64,000 nt of DNA from Caulobacter sp. (GCA_028291055.1 JAQGIP010000133.1:3113-67112), one strand, 5' to 3'. Positions 10,466-20,986 are shown, numbered from the stretch's first letter. A program made the numbers and translations. The notes: a model not told the origin generated them from the letters alone.

Positions 10466-12171
10466 TGGCCCGCATCTCGCGCCAGACCTACGCCGACATG
10501 TTCGGCCCCACCGTCGGCGACCGCGTGCGGCTGGCCGACACCGAGCTGTTCGTGGAGGTGGAGCAGGACTTCACGATCTATGGCGAGGAGGTGAAGTTCG
10601 GCGGCGGCAAGGTGATCCGTGACGGCATGGGCCAGTCCCAGGCCACCCGCGCCCAGGGCGCCGTCGACACCGTCATCACCAACGCCCTGATCATCGACCA
10701 CTGGGGCATCGTGAAGGCCGACGTGGGTCTGAAGGACGGCCGCATCCACGCCATCGGCAAGGCGGGCAATCCCGACACCCAGCCGGGCGTGACCATCAAC
10801 ATCGGTCCCGGCACCGAGATCATCGCCGGCGAGGGCAAGATCCTCACCGCCGGCGGCATGGACGCCCACATCCACTTCATCTGCCCCCAGCAGATCGAGG
10901 AGGCGCTCTACTCCGGCATCACCACCATGCTGGGCGGCGGCACCGGCCCCGCCACCGGCACGGCGGCCACCACCTGCACCCCCGGCCCCTGGCATCTGGC
11001 CCGGATGATCGAGGCCGCCGACGCCTTTCCCATGAACATCGGCTTCTCCGGCAAGGGCAACGCCTCCCTGCCCGGCGCGCTCATCGAGCAGATCGAGGCC
11101 GGCGCCTGCGCGCTGAAGCTGCACGAGGACTGGGGCACCACCCCCGCCACCATCGACTGCGCGCTCTCCGTCGCCGACGACTACGATGTCCAGGTGATGA
11201 TCCACACCGATACCTTGAACGAGAGCGGCTTCGTCGAGGACACCATCGCCGCCTTCAAGGGCCGCACCATCCACGCCTTCCACACCGAAGGCGCCGGCGG
11301 CGGCCACGCCCCCGACATCATCAAGGTCGCCGGGCTATCCAACGTCATCCCATCCAGCACCAACCCGACCCGCCCCTACACCCGCAACACCATCGCCGAA
11401 CACCTCGACATGCTGATGGTCTGCCACCACCTCGACGCCTCCATCCCCGAAGACATCGCCTTCGCCGAGAGCCGCATCCGCAAGGAAACGATAGCCGCCG
11501 AAGACATCCTCCACGACCTCGGCGCTTTCTCCATCATCTCCTCCGACAGCCAGGCCATGGGCCGGGTCGGCGAGGTCCTGATCCGCACCTGCCAGACCGC
11601 CGACAAGATGAAGAAGCAGCGCGGCCCGCTCGCGGGTGACGGCCCGGCCGACAACAACCGGGTGAAGCGCTACATCGCCAAATACACCATCAACCCCGCC
11701 ATCGCTCAGGGCATGAGCGCCCACATCGGCTCCATCGCCGTGGGCAAGCGGGCCGACCTCGTCCTCTGGAGCACCGCCTTCTTCGGCGTGAAACCCGACC
11801 TGGTCCTGCTGGGCGGCTCCATCGTGTCCGCCCCTATGGGCGACCCCAATGCCTCGATCCCGACGCCGCAGCCCGTGCACTACCGGCCGATGTTCGCCGC
11901 CTATGGCAAGAGCCTGACCCGCTCGGCGATCACCTTCGTGTCGAAGGCGGCCATCGACCTCAGCCTTCGTGACCGCCTCGGCGTCGAGAAACGGATGGTG
12001 GCGGTGGAGAATACCCGCGGCGGTCTCTCCAAGGCCTCGATGATCCACAACAGCGCCACGCCCCATATCGAGGTGGACCCGGAGACCTACGAAGTCCGCG
12101 CCGACGGCGAACTGCTCACCTGCGAACCGGCCGACGTCCTGCCGATGGCGCAGCGGTATTTCCTGTTCTGA
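10465..12171 (+). CDS. ureC: urease subunit alpha
   Basis: [28 protein letters not shown]...[14 protein letters not shown]...LKLHEDWG...MVCHHLD..., 568 aa. Confidence 0.97.
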   Translation: MARISRQTYADMFGPTVGDRVRLADTELFVEVEQDFTIYGEEVKFGGGKVIRDGMGQSQATRAQGAVDTVITNALIIDHWGIVKADVGLKDGRIHAIGKAGNPDTQPGVTINIGPGTEIIAGEGKILTAGGMDAHIHFICPQQIEEALYSGITTMLGGGTGPATGTAATTCTPGPWHLARMIEAADAFPMNIGFSGKGNASLPGALIEQIEAGACALKLHEDWGTTPATIDCALSVADDYDVQVMIHTDTLNESGFVEDTIAAFKGRTIHAFHTEGAGGGHAPDIIKVAGLSNVIPSSTNPTRPYTRNTIAEHLDMLMVCHHLDASIPEDIAFAESRIRKETIAAEDILHDLGAFSIISSDSQAMGRVGEVLIRTCQTADKMKKQRGPLAGDGPADNNRVKRYIAKYTINPAIAQGMSAHIGSIAVGKRADLVLWSTAFFGVKPDLVLLGGSIVSAPMGDPNASIPTPQPVHYRPMFAAYGKSLTRSAITFVSKAAIDLSLRDRLGVEKRMVAVENTRGGLSKASMIHNSATPHIEVDPETYEVRADGELLTCEPADVLPMAQRYFLF

Positions 12172-12653
12172 TGTTGCGGGTTGTTGAAATCCTGCCGGCC
12201 TGGACCGGTCCCATCGCGGACCACGTCACCCTCGATTACGACGCCCGCCACCGCCGCCGCGTGGCCCTGACCGGCCATCACGGCCTGGCCTTCCTGCTCG
12301 ATCTGCCCAAGGCGGTGCTGCTGCGCGGCGGCGATGGCCTGAAGCTTGAGGACGGCCGCGTGGTGCGCATCGACGCCCTGCCCGAACCGTTGATGGAGGT
12401 CCGCGCCACCAGCCCGGAGCATCTGCTGCGACTGGCCTGGCACATCGGCAACCGCCACCTCACCGCCCAGGTCGAGGCCGACCGCATCCTCATCCGCCAC
12501 GACCACGTCATCGGCCACATGCTGGAGCATCTGGGAGCGACGGTGACGGCGGTGACCGCCCCCTTCGACCCGGAAGGCGGCGCCTACGGTGACGCCCACC
12601 AGGCCCACCACCATGGGCCCGACGATCTTGGCCACCATCACCATGACCACTAG
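12171..12653 (+). CDS. ureE: urease accessory protein UreE (His-rich C-terminus)
   Basis: ...[13 protein letters not shown]... with the tail [18 protein letters not shown]. Its ATG overlaps the ureC TGA. Confidence 0.9.
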   Translation: MLRVVEILPAWTGPIADHVTLDYDARHRRRVALTGHHGLAFLLDLPKAVLLRGGDGLKLEDGRVVRIDALPEPLMEVRATSPEHLLRLAWHIGNRHLTAQVEADRILIRHDHVIGHMLEHLGATVTAVTAPFDPEGGAYGDAHQAHHHGPDDLGHHHHDH

Positions 12654-13302
12654 CCCCCTGCTGCGCCTGCTGACCTGGCTGTCTCCGGCCTTTCCGGTGG
12701 GATCGTTCAGCTATTCGCATGGGCTTGAGCGGGCCATCCACGACGGCTGGGTCAAGGACGCGGAGACGCTGCATGATTGGCTGGATGGGCTGGTCAGCTT
12801 CGGCGGCGGCTGGACCGACGCCGTCCTGGTGGCCGAGGCGCATACGGCCATCGACGAGCCCGCGCGGCTGGCCGACGTCGCCGAACTCGCGGAGGCTCTG
12901 GCCATCTCCCGCGAGCGTCTGGCCGAAACCCTGGGCCAGGGCGCGGCCTTCCTGGCCGCCGCTCGCGCCTGGCCCGAAGGTTCGACTCCCCTCGGCTCCG
13001 CCACCGTCGCCTACCCCGTCGCGGTCGGCGCCACCTGCGCCAGCGCCGGTATCGGCCTCGACGACACCCTCACCGCCTACATCCACGCCTTCGCCGGCAA
13101 CCTGGTCACCATCGCCATGCGCGCGATCCCGCTCGGCCAGACGGACGGCATGGCGGTCATGGCGCGGCTGGAGCCGGCGATCCTCGCCATCGTCGCCCGC
13201 GCGGCCGTCTCCACCCTGGACGACCTCGGCTCCGCCGCGCTCAATTCCGACCTGATGGCGCTGGCCCACGAAACCCAGCACGTAAGGCTGTTCATCTCAT
13301 GA
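12643..13302 (+). CDS. ureF: urease accessory protein UreF
   Basis: [32 protein letters not shown] 12643 lies inside the ureE His-tail codons. Confidence 0.9.
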   Translation: MTTSPLLRLLTWLSPAFPVGSFSYSHGLERAIHDGWVKDAETLHDWLDGLVSFGGGWTDAVLVAEAHTAIDEPARLADVAELAEALAISRERLAETLGQGAAFLAAARAWPEGSTPLGSATVAYPVAVGATCASAGIGLDDTLTAYIHAFAGNLVTIAMRAIPLGQTDGMAVMARLEPAILAIVARAAVSTLDDLGSAALNSDLMALAHETQHVRLFIS

Positions 13303-13934
13303 GATCCCCAAACGGCCCCCTGCGCGTCGGCATCGGCGGCCCCGTCGGCTCCGGCAAGACCACGCTCACCGAGAAGCTCTGCAAGGCCATGCGCGGCCGC
13401 TACTCCATCGCGGTGATCACCAACGACATCTACACCCAGGAAGACGCCCTGATCCTGGCCCGCCTCCAGGCCCTGCCCGAGGACCGCATCCTGGGCGTGG
13501 AGACCGGCGGATGCCCCCACACCGCCATCCGCGAGGACGCCTCGATCAACTTGGCGGCCATCGCCACCATGAACGCCCGCCACCCCGACCTCGACGTGAT
13601 CTTCATCGAGTCCGGCGGCGACAACCTAGCGGCCACCTTCTCCCCCGACCTGGCCGATCTCAGCCTCTATGTGATCTCCGTCTGCCAGGGCGAGAAGATC
13701 CCCCGCAAGGGTGGCCCCGCCATCACGCGCTCCGACCTGCTGGTGATCAACAAGACCGACCTCGCCCCCCACGTCGGCGCCGATCTGGCGGTCATGGAGG
13801 CCGATGCGACCAAGGGCCGCGCCGGTCGGCCGTTCGTTTTTACGGACCTCCTAAGGTTGCAGGGCGTAGAGGAGGTTGTGGCCTTCATCGAGCGCGCCGG
13901 CGGTCTTGCGCCGGTCCAGGCGGCTGCGGAATGA
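13299..13934 (+). CDS. ureG: urease accessory GTPase UreG
   Basis: [12 protein letters not shown]-loop, [29 protein letters not shown] overlap with ureF. Confidence 0.95.
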   Translation: MRSPNGPLRVGIGGPVGSGKTTLTEKLCKAMRGRYSIAVITNDIYTQEDALILARLQALPEDRILGVETGGCPHTAIREDASINLAAIATMNARHPDLDVIFIESGGDNLAATFSPDLADLSLYVISVCQGEKIPRKGGPAITRSDLLVINKTDLAPHVGADLAVMEADATKGRAGRPFVFTDLLRLQGVEEVVAFIERAGGLAPVQAAAE

Positions 13935-14003
13935 CTAATCCGTAAGGTGCGGCCGCCACGGTCCCGTCGTATGGGACCGCCAGCTGTTCAGGGGAAAAGG
14001 CCG

Positions 14004-14399
14004 ATGACGCTCCACGCTCGGATTACCGCTCTTGCCCTCGCTCTGGCCGTTATTGGCCTGGGCGTCGCCGCCCCGGTGATCGCGCTGGCCGCCGAACCCA
14101 CCGCCGCCGCCTCCGACGAGGCCAAGGTTCGCGCCGTCCTGACCAAGGCCGTCAACGACGCCCAGGGCGCAGGCCTCGACTACGACAGCATGACCCCGCA
14201 ACTTGCCACCGCCGCCAAGGCCCAGGCCGCGGGCATGGCGAGCCTGAAGTCGCTGGGCGCCGTGAAGGCCATCGAACGCTCGGGCGACGCCACCACCCCC
14301 TACATCTACAAGGTCACCTACGAGGCAGGCGTGACCCTGACCTGGGAAATCACCCTCGCGGCCGACGGCAAGATCGACTACCTCAACGCCCACCAGTGA
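14004..14399 (+). CDS. secreted hypothetical protein
   Basis: MTLHARITALALALAVIGLGVAAPVIALA signal peptide followed by about 100 aa. Codon usage is consistent with neighbouring genes. I recognise no family. Confidence 0.5.
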   Translation: MTLHARITALALALAVIGLGVAAPVIALAAEPTAAASDEAKVRAVLTKAVNDAQGAGLDYDSMTPQLATAAKAQAAGMASLKSLGAVKAIERSGDATTPYIYKVTYEAGVTLTWEITLAADGKIDYLNAHQ

Positions 14400-14443
14400 A
14401 CCTGGGCTTGAACGCCGGGTAGAAGCCCGCCACACCAGCGGCG

Positions 14444-15529
14444 ATGCAGCCGCTTAAACCCCGCACCCAGCACTATCTGGCGCTCGACGGCCTGCGTGGC
14501 ATCGCCGCCCTGGCGGTCATGGTCATGCACAAGGGCCGCTGGCTGTACGAGCCCGGCGGCTTCATCGGCCATGCCTGGATGGCGGTGGATTTCTTCTTCC
14601 TGCTCAGCGGCTTCGTCATCGCCGCGGCCTATGAGGAACGCCTACGTGGCGGCCTCTCCGTTCCCGCCTTCCTGCGTATCCGGATGATCCGCCTCTATCC
14701 GCTGATCCTGCTGGGCATGCTGATCGGCGCCGCCTGGCCCCTGCTGCGCATCGCGGCGGGCGACTATCTCGGGCCCGACGCCGGACCCGTGCTGGCCAGC
14801 CTGCTGCGCGGCCTGCTGCTGATCCCCGCCGTGAAGGCCGATCCGACCGGCTGGGGCCTCTTCCCGCTGAACGGACCGACCTGGTCGCTGTTCTTCGAGC
14901 TGGCCGTCAACATCGTCTATGTGCTGATCGCGCGCCGCCTGACCACGCCCCGCCTGATCGGCATCGTGACGGTGGCGGCGCTGGCCGTGGCCGCCATGCC
15001 CTTCGCCGCCGGGCTTGACGCGGGGGCCCAGGGCGCAACCTTCTGGTGGGCCATCCCGCGCACCAGCTTTGGCTTCTTCGCCGGGGTCCTGCTCTACCGC
15101 ACGCGCGAACGCTGGGCCCACCTCGTGCCCGGCGCGCCCGTCTGGCTGCTGTCGCTGGCCCTGGTCGCCCTCTTCGTGGTTCCCGCCGACCAGCCCTGGA
15201 CGCCGGCCTTCGAACTCGCGTCGGTCTTCCTGATCTTCCCCGCCCTGCTGGCGCTCGGCGTCAATGCGCCGTCCACCCCGCGCACCGCCGCCTTCTGCAA
15301 GGTGTCGGGCGGCCTCAGCTATCCGATCTACGCCCTGCACTATCCGCTGCTGGTGCTGGCCGGCGGCATCATCGCGCGGCGCATCCAGGCCCCGTGGCTG
15401 GGGCTGGTCGCCTATCCGGTGGTGCTGGGGCTCTGCTGGCTGGCCTGGAAGACCTATGACGAACCCGTCCGCGCCTGGCTGAACGCGCGCACCCGTCCCG
15501 CGCGGATCGCGGAACCGATCACCACCTGA
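14444..15529 (+). CDS. acyltransferase family 3 (OafA-like) membrane protein
   Basis: LDGLRGIAALAVMVMH...AVDFFFLLSGFVI N-terminal signature and about 10 TM segments. Confidence 0.8.
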   Translation: MQPLKPRTQHYLALDGLRGIAALAVMVMHKGRWLYEPGGFIGHAWMAVDFFFLLSGFVIAAAYEERLRGGLSVPAFLRIRMIRLYPLILLGMLIGAAWPLLRIAAGDYLGPDAGPVLASLLRGLLLIPAVKADPTGWGLFPLNGPTWSLFFELAVNIVYVLIARRLTTPRLIGIVTVAALAVAAMPFAAGLDAGAQGATFWWAIPRTSFGFFAGVLLYRTRERWAHLVPGAPVWLLSLALVALFVVPADQPWTPAFELASVFLIFPALLALGVNAPSTPRTAAFCKVSGGLSYPIYALHYPLLVLAGGIIARRIQAPWLGLVAYPVVLGLCWLAWKTYDEPVRAWLNARTRPARIAEPITT

Positions 15530-15684
15530 CTGTCGGAGCGGCGACCTGCTCGACTTGGTTGCAACACCGCAACAAAATCGACGCAAATCGCGTTCGCGCG
15601 ATAGACGAGTTGATCCTGACGCGAACAGTAGGGCTTCAAGCGCCTCGAAGCGCGAGACAGCGATTTGCTGGAGGGGATCAGACA

Positions 15685-17937
15685 ATGACCAACCACAACC
15701 GTTCGCGGGCGGGCCTGTTCGGCGCCGCCTCCCTGGTCCTGCTGGTCGGCGCGGGCGCGCCCGGCCTGGCCCTGGCCGCCGACGACGCGGCCCGCCCCAC
15801 CGAGGTGGAGACCGTCACCGTCACCGCCCAGAAGCGCGAAGAGAACATCCAGGACGTCCCCATCTCGGTGACCGCGGTCGGCGGCGAGAAGCTGTCGGTG
15901 CTGATGTCGGGCGGCGGCGACATCCGCTTCCTGTCGTCGCGCGTGCCCAGCCTGACCCTGGAAAGCTCCTTCGGCCGCACCTTCCCGCGCTTCTACATCC
16001 GCGGCCTGGGCAATACCGATTTCGACTTGAACGCCTCCCAGCCCGTGTCGCTGATCTATGACGACGTGGTGCTGGAAAACCCCGTGGTGAAGGGCTATCC
16101 GGCCTTCGACCTCGACCATATCGAAGTGTTGCGCGGCCCCCAAGGCACGCTGTTCGGCCGCAATACTCCCGCCGGCATCGTCAAGCTGGACTCGGCCAAG
16201 CCCAGCTTCACGCCCAAAGCCTACGCGAGCGTCTCCTGGGCCACTTTCAACACCGTCAACGCCGAGGCCGCCATCGGCGGGCCCCTGATCGCCGACAAGA
16301 TGGCGGGACGGTTCTCCGTGCTGGTCCAGCACCGCGACAACTGGGTCGACAACGGCTTCACCCACGTGAGCAACGCCACCGAGGGCTACAAGGAATACGC
16401 CCTGCGCGGCCAGCTGCTGTTCACGCCCACCGAAAACTTCAGCGCGCTTTTGAACCTCCACGGCATGCACCTGAACGGCACGCCGCGCCTGTTCCGCGCC
16501 AACATCATCCAGTCCGGCTCCAACAGCTTCGTGCCCGGCTTCGATCGCGACACCATCTTCCAGGACGCCCAGCCTCGCGCCTTCCAGCACGTGGACACCT
16601 TCGGCGGCAGCGCCAAGCTGGAATACGACTTCGGCGACATCAAGCTGACCTCGGTGACCGGCTATGAGCACGCCAAGACCCTGTCGCGCGGCGATATCGA
16701 CGGCGGCTTCGGCGCCGTGTTCGCCCCGCCCTCGGGCCCGGGCTTCATCCCCTTCCCCTCGGAAAGCGCCGACGGCCTGCCGCACCACAGCCAGTGGACG
16801 CAGGAGCTGCGGCTTGCCAGCGACACCCCCGATCCCCTGACCTGGCAGGTGGGCGCCTTCTACTTCAAGGAAGACGTCACCATCGACAGCTTCGACTACA
16901 ACACCCTGGCGGGCGGAACACTGGACGGCTTCGCCGAGCAGAAGCAGAAGACCGAGGCCTGGGCCCTGTTCGGGACGATGGGCTACACCTTCGAAAACCA
17001 CCTGAAGGTCAGCGCCGGGGTGCGCTACTCGGATGAAAAGAAGGACTTTATCGTCCACCGGACGCTGTCGCCCTTCGGCGCCCCCAACCTGACAAAGACG
17101 GCCAACCCCTCCAGCAACAACGTCAGCTGGGACGTCAACGTCACCTATCCGGTGACCGAGCAGGTCAACCTCTATGCCCGCATCGCCAAGGGCTTCCGGG
17201 CCCCCAGCATCCAGGGCCGGGTAGTGTTCTCCGACACCGTGTCGGTGGCCAAGACCGAGACCATCCTCTCCTACGAAGCCGGCGTGAAATCCTACATGTT
17301 CAACCGCCGCCTGCGCCTGGACGCGGACGTCTTCTACTATGATCTGAAGGACCAGCAGCTGACGGCGGTGGGCGGCGGGTCCAACGCCAACATCCTGGTC
17401 AACGCCGACAAGACGGTGGGCTACGGCTTCGAGGTCGATGCCGACTGGGTTCCCGTCGACCACCTCTATCTGACCGCCGGCCTCAGCTACAACCACACGG
17501 AAATCCAGGACCCGAACCTGTCCATCGCCCCCTGCGGCAGCGGCTGCACGGTGCTGGATCCGGCCTATGCGCCGGTGCCGGGAACGGTGTCGATCGACGG
17601 CAACAGCCTGCCCAACGCGCCGGAATGGATCGCCAACGTCACGGCCAAGTGGGTGATCCCCTACGGCAACGGCGAATTCTTCATCTACACCGACTGGGCC
17701 TACCGCTCGAAGATCAACTTCTTCCTCTACGAGTCGCGCGAATACAGCGACGACCGGCTGCTCGAGGGCGGCCTGCGGCTGGGCTACAGCTATGACGGCG
17801 GGCGCTGGGAAGCTGCCGTGTTCGGCCGCAACATCACCAACGACAAGTCGCTGGAAGGCGGCATCGACTTCGACAACCTCACCGGCTTCGTCAACGACCC
17901 CGCCACCTACGGCGTGGAATTCAAGGTGAAGCTCTAG
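15685..17937 (+). CDS. TonB-dependent receptor
   Basis: ATG 15685 follows GGAGGGG. Signal peptide, TonB box/plug (ETVTVTAQKREENIQDVPISVT...IEVLRGPQGTLFGRNTPAGIV), and a C-terminal ...YGVEFKVKL barrel end. Confidence 0.9.
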   Translation: MTNHNRSRAGLFGAASLVLLVGAGAPGLALAADDAARPTEVETVTVTAQKREENIQDVPISVTAVGGEKLSVLMSGGGDIRFLSSRVPSLTLESSFGRTFPRFYIRGLGNTDFDLNASQPVSLIYDDVVLENPVVKGYPAFDLDHIEVLRGPQGTLFGRNTPAGIVKLDSAKPSFTPKAYASVSWATFNTVNAEAAIGGPLIADKMAGRFSVLVQHRDNWVDNGFTHVSNATEGYKEYALRGQLLFTPTENFSALLNLHGMHLNGTPRLFRANIIQSGSNSFVPGFDRDTIFQDAQPRAFQHVDTFGGSAKLEYDFGDIKLTSVTGYEHAKTLSRGDIDGGFGAVFAPPSGPGFIPFPSESADGLPHHSQWTQELRLASDTPDPLTWQVGAFYFKEDVTIDSFDYNTLAGGTLDGFAEQKQKTEAWALFGTMGYTFENHLKVSAGVRYSDEKKDFIVHRTLSPFGAPNLTKTANPSSNNVSWDVNVTYPVTEQVNLYARIAKGFRAPSIQGRVVFSDTVSVAKTETILSYEAGVKSYMFNRRLRLDADVFYYDLKDQQLTAVGGGSNANILVNADKTVGYGFEVDADWVPVDHLYLTAGLSYNHTEIQDPNLSIAPCGSGCTVLDPAYAPVPGTVSIDGNSLPNAPEWIANVTAKWVIPYGNGEFFIYTDWAYRSKINFFLYESREYSDDRLLEGGLRLGYSYDGGRWEAAVFGRNITNDKSLEGGIDFDNLTGFVNDPATYGVEFKVKL

Positions 17938-18938
17938 CGGGCGATCCTGCCCACCAGCCGCAGGCGGCTGACCCCACCGTCGGGAATGATGTTGAGGCGC
18001 ACGAACCGCACCGGCTCGTGCGCCGCGATCTCGCTCTTGAAGATGTGGATATGGTCCGCCGACAGCTTCTGCTCGGCCAGGATCACCGGCCAGCTTTCCG
18101 ATTGGGCCGAAACCTCGAACGGCGCGCCGCGCGCATCCGGCGCCGCCTGGATGAAGCAGCGGTCAGGGTAGTTGCCCTTGAAGTGGCAGGTGTCGACGGT
18201 GATCTCGCCGATGATCCCCGCATGCCCCAGTTCGACGATCGACCAGTCGTGGCCCGGCTCACGGCGGCGGCGGGTTTCCCAGCCATCGCCCATGTCCTTG
18301 CCCCGGCCCGGCGCCGTCATGTTCTCGACCTTGCCGAAATGCTCGTCGTTGGCGAACACGCCCCGGCCGCCATTCTCCATGGCCAGCAGGTCCAGCGGCA
18401 CGTCGGCGTTGACCTTGGTCCAGTCGATGTCGATGCGGCCGAACACCCGCAGGCGCGCCACGCCGCCGTCCGGATAGATGTTGAGGCGCACATGGGTGAA
18501 GGGCCCCATGGTCTCGGCGGCGATCAGGCGGCGGTCGTCGCCGTCCAGCTCCAGGCGGCCGACGATGGTGAGCCATTCGGCGTTGTCCGGCGGCACGCGG
18601 TCGTCGCAACGGCAGGCGTCGATGGAGGCGAAGGGCGGGTAGTTGCCGGTGAAGTTGCGGGTGTCGATCTCGAAGCCCGCGATCATCCCGCGCCGGCCCA
18701 GCTTGACCACGCACCAGTCATAGCCGGCCACGCGCTTGCGACGGCTTTCCCAGCCGTCCATCCACTTGCCGTTGTCGTCGTATTTGCCCGGGATGAACAC
18801 CGGTTCGGCCGGATCGATCAGCCGGTCCTTGTCGGCGAAGAAGTCGTCGGTGGCGTAGACTACCTCTGCCCCCAGGCGCGGCTGGGCGAGGTCGATATAG
18901 TCGGTGCGCAGGCGTTCAAGCGGGTCGTGTTGGGACAT
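17934..18938 (-). CDS. alc: allantoicase
   Basis: DLAQPRLGAEVVYATDDFFADKDRLI...GKWMDGWESRRKR, duplicated in the second half (GDGWETRRRR). Start is ATG 18938 (MSQHDPLERL). Confidence 0.9.
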   Translation of the reverse strand: MSQHDPLERLRTDYIDLAQPRLGAEVVYATDDFFADKDRLIDPAEPVFIPGKYDDNGKWMDGWESRRKRVAGYDWCVVKLGRRGMIAGFEIDTRNFTGNYPPFASIDACRCDDRVPPDNAEWLTIVGRLELDGDDRRLIAAETMGPFTHVRLNIYPDGGVARLRVFGRIDIDWTKVNADVPLDLLAMENGGRGVFANDEHFGKVENMTAPGRGKDMGDGWETRRRREPGHDWSIVELGHAGIIGEITVDTCHFKGNYPDRCFIQAAPDARGAPFEVSAQSESWPVILAEQKLSADHIHIFKSEIAAHEPVRFVRLNIIPDGGVSRLRLVGRIAR

Positions 18939-19099
18939 GATACCTGTTTCCCTGATCAATCCCCTGCATGCCCGCACGCGGCGGACAGGGAAACAGGTTT
19001 CGTGTCCCGGGCCCCGGTGTTGGGGGACACGAAACCCATTTCCCCGACTGCAGCAGCTGTCCCTGAGCGGCGACGGACGGGGAAATGGGTATCATGTCC
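18933..19099 (-). promoter_or_regulatory. symmetric triple-hairpin element in the uraD-alc spacer, covering the alc RBS and start
   Basis: Perfect stems pair 18942-18954 with 18986-18998 (13 bp), 18997-19008 with 19024-19035 (12 bp), and 19034-19046 with 19078-19090 (13 bp). An outer 12-bp inverted repeat, GGACATGATACC / GGTATCATGTCC, contains the alc ATG and the uraD TGA. Confidence 0.6.
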
Positions 19100-19568
19100 T
19101 CGGGGCCGCCAATCTGAACCCGGCGATGCGGTGGATCTGGTCGATGGCGGTGTCGAACTCGGTTTGGGGATCGTTGTCCAGCCGCCGGCGGAATTCGGAC
19201 AGGATGCTCGCCCTGTCGTGGCCCTTCACCGCGATGATGAAGGGAAAGCCGAAGCGGGCGTTGTAGGCGCCGTTCAGCCGCTGGAAGTCGGCGAACTCAT
19301 CCGGCGTGCACTGGTCGAGCCCCGCGCCGGACTGTTCCTTCTTCGAGGCCTCCGCCATATCACCCGCGATGGCGGCGCGGCCGGCCAGTTCCGGGTGGGC
19401 GCGGATCAGGGCCAGGCGCTGTTCACGGGGAGCCCCGTCCACGGCCGCGCGCATGGCGGCGGCCAGCGCCTCGCCCTCACGGGCGCCGGCCTCCCAGGCC
19501 GCCTCGGCGACCCAGGGCGAGGCCTCATAGATCGCCTCATAGCGCGACAGGAACTCGTCTCGGGTCAT
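19092..19568 (-). CDS. uraD: OHCU (2-oxo-4-hydroxy-4-carboxy-5-ureidoimidazoline) decarboxylase
   Basis: MTRDEFLSRYEAIYEASPWVAE...LIRAHPELAG...SKKEQSGAGLD...FGFPFIIAVKG, 158 aa. Only the C-terminal part of track ORF 19092..20432 belongs to the gene. ATGA overlap with the M20 gene. Confidence 0.9.
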   Translation of the reverse strand: MTRDEFLSRYEAIYEASPWVAEAAWEAGAREGEALAAAMRAAVDGAPREQRLALIRAHPELAGRAAIAGDMAEASKKEQSGAGLDQCTPDEFADFQRLNGAYNARFGFPFIIAVKGHDRASILSEFRRRLDNDPQTEFDTAIDQIHRIAGFRLAAPRT

Positions 19569-20986
19569 TCGGCGCGGCTGAGCGACTTCATCAGGCGGTA
19601 GTTGAATTCCACGTCCTCGTAGAAGGCCTGGATACTGACCCGCTCGTCCTTGCCGTGGGCGCGGTTGTCGTCGACATCGCCGAACATGCCGGACAGGCCA
19701 AACGTCGGGATGTCGGCGGCGCGGCTGTAGAGGGCGTCGGAGGCGCCGGCGTCCATCGTCGGATAGATCTCCACGCCCGGCCACATCTCGTTCACCACCC
19801 CGGTCACCCGCTTCATCATCACGGGCTGAGGCACGGACTCTCCGCTCTCCTCGGCCGGCCACACCACGGTGATGGCGATGCCGGTATCGCCCAGGGCGTC
19901 CTGGATCTGCATCTCGATATCGGCCTGGGTGTCGCCCGGGATCATGCGGCACTGGATGGTGGCGGCGGCCCGTTGCGGCAGGGCGTTCTCCGCGTGCCCG
20001 GCCTGGGCCATGGTCGCCACGCAGGTGGTGCGCAGCTGAGGGTTCCAGCGCGGATCGGCGCTGAGCCGCGCCACGGCGGCGGGATCGGCATCCTCCTTGG
20101 ACACCGCCAGCATGTCGGCCCGCAGCTGGCCCTCCTGGCGCGCCGACTGGGCCTTGAAGAAGCCGCGCGTCGTGGCGTTCATCTTCAGGGGGAACTGCAG
20201 CGCCTCCAGCTTCACCAGGCCTCGCGCCAGGCGATAGATGGGATTGTTGGGTTCGGGATGGGAGGAGTGGCCGCCCGGGCTGGTGGTTTCGATCTGGAAG
20301 GTGACATAGGTCTTTTCGCTGGTCTGGACGCCGTAGCCCAGGCGCGCACCGTTCTGGATCAACCCGCCGCCGTCCTCGGCATTGATGGCGAACTCGGCGT
20401 CCACCGCGGGCCGGTGGTTCTTCATCAGCCAATCGACGCCGTTGGCGTCGCCGCCCTCCTCGTCGGAGGTGAAGACCACGATGATGTCGCGGTCGGGGAC
20501 GAAGCCCTCCTGCTTCAATCGGATCAGGCTGGTCAGGACCGCGGTGTCCTCATCCTTCATGTCGATGGAGCCGCGCCCGTAGAAGTAGCCGTCCTTCTCC
20601 GTCAGCTTGAAGGGCGGCAGCGACCAGTCCTCGGGTTTGGCCTCCACCACGTCCAGGTGGCAGAGATAGAGGATCGGCTTGTCGAGGCCCTTGCCGCGCA
20701 GGCGCACCACCACATTGCTCTGGGTCGGATGCTCGGCGGGGGTGAGGATCTGGACATCGGCGTCCGGGAAACCCGCCGCCTTCAGCCGCGCCGCGACGGC
20801 CTTGGCCGCCTGCGCCGTGCCGATGTTGTGGGTCGAATTGATGCCGACCAGCTCGGTCAGGATGTCGCGCGCCTGGGCCTGGATCGCGGGCGGCGGCACG
20901 GGGCCGGCCTTCATCGGCGCGGGCCCGGCCAGGGCCAGGGCCGGAAGGGCCAGCGCCCCCATGACCAGCAGCGGCTTCAACTTCAT
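19565..20986 (-). CDS. secreted M20-family metallohydrolase (peptidase/amidohydrolase)
   Basis: MKLKPLLVMGALALPALALA signal peptide. M20 motifs: LYLCHLDVVEA, YGRGSIDMKD, FTSDEEGG. Coupled by ATGA overlaps to puuE upstream and uraD downstream. Confidence 0.8.
   Translation of the reverse strand: MKLKPLLVMGALALPALALAGPAPMKAGPVPPPAIQAQARDILTELVGINSTHNIGTAQAAKAVAARLKAAGFPDADVQILTPAEHPTQSNVVVRLRGKGLDKPILYLCHLDVVEAKPEDWSLPPFKLTEKDGYFYGRGSIDMKDEDTAVLTSLIRLKQEGFVPDRDIIVVFTSDEEGGDANGVDWLMKNHRPAVDAEFAINAEDGGGLIQNGARLGYGVQTSEKTYVTFQIETTSPGGHSSHPEPNNPIYRLARGLVKLEALQFPLKMNATTRGFFKAQSARQEGQLRADMLAVSKEDADPAAVARLSADPRWNPQLRTTCVATMAQAGHAENALPQRAAATIQCRMIPGDTQADIEMQIQDALGDTGIAITVVWPAEESGESVPQPVMMKRVTGVVNEMWPGVEIYPTMDAGASDALYSRAADIPTFGLSGMFGDVDDNRAHGKDERVSIQAFYEDVEFNYRLMKSLSRAE

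Noticed and set aside
15590-15650. The ATCGCG-ttcg-CGCGAT palindrome and a GTTCGCG / CGCGAAC repeat upstream of the TonB receptor at 15685, considered as a riboswitch or operator.
   Set aside because: They are short CG-rich palindromes with no recognisable riboswitch core (cobalamin, TPP etc.) and no repetition elsewhere in the window.
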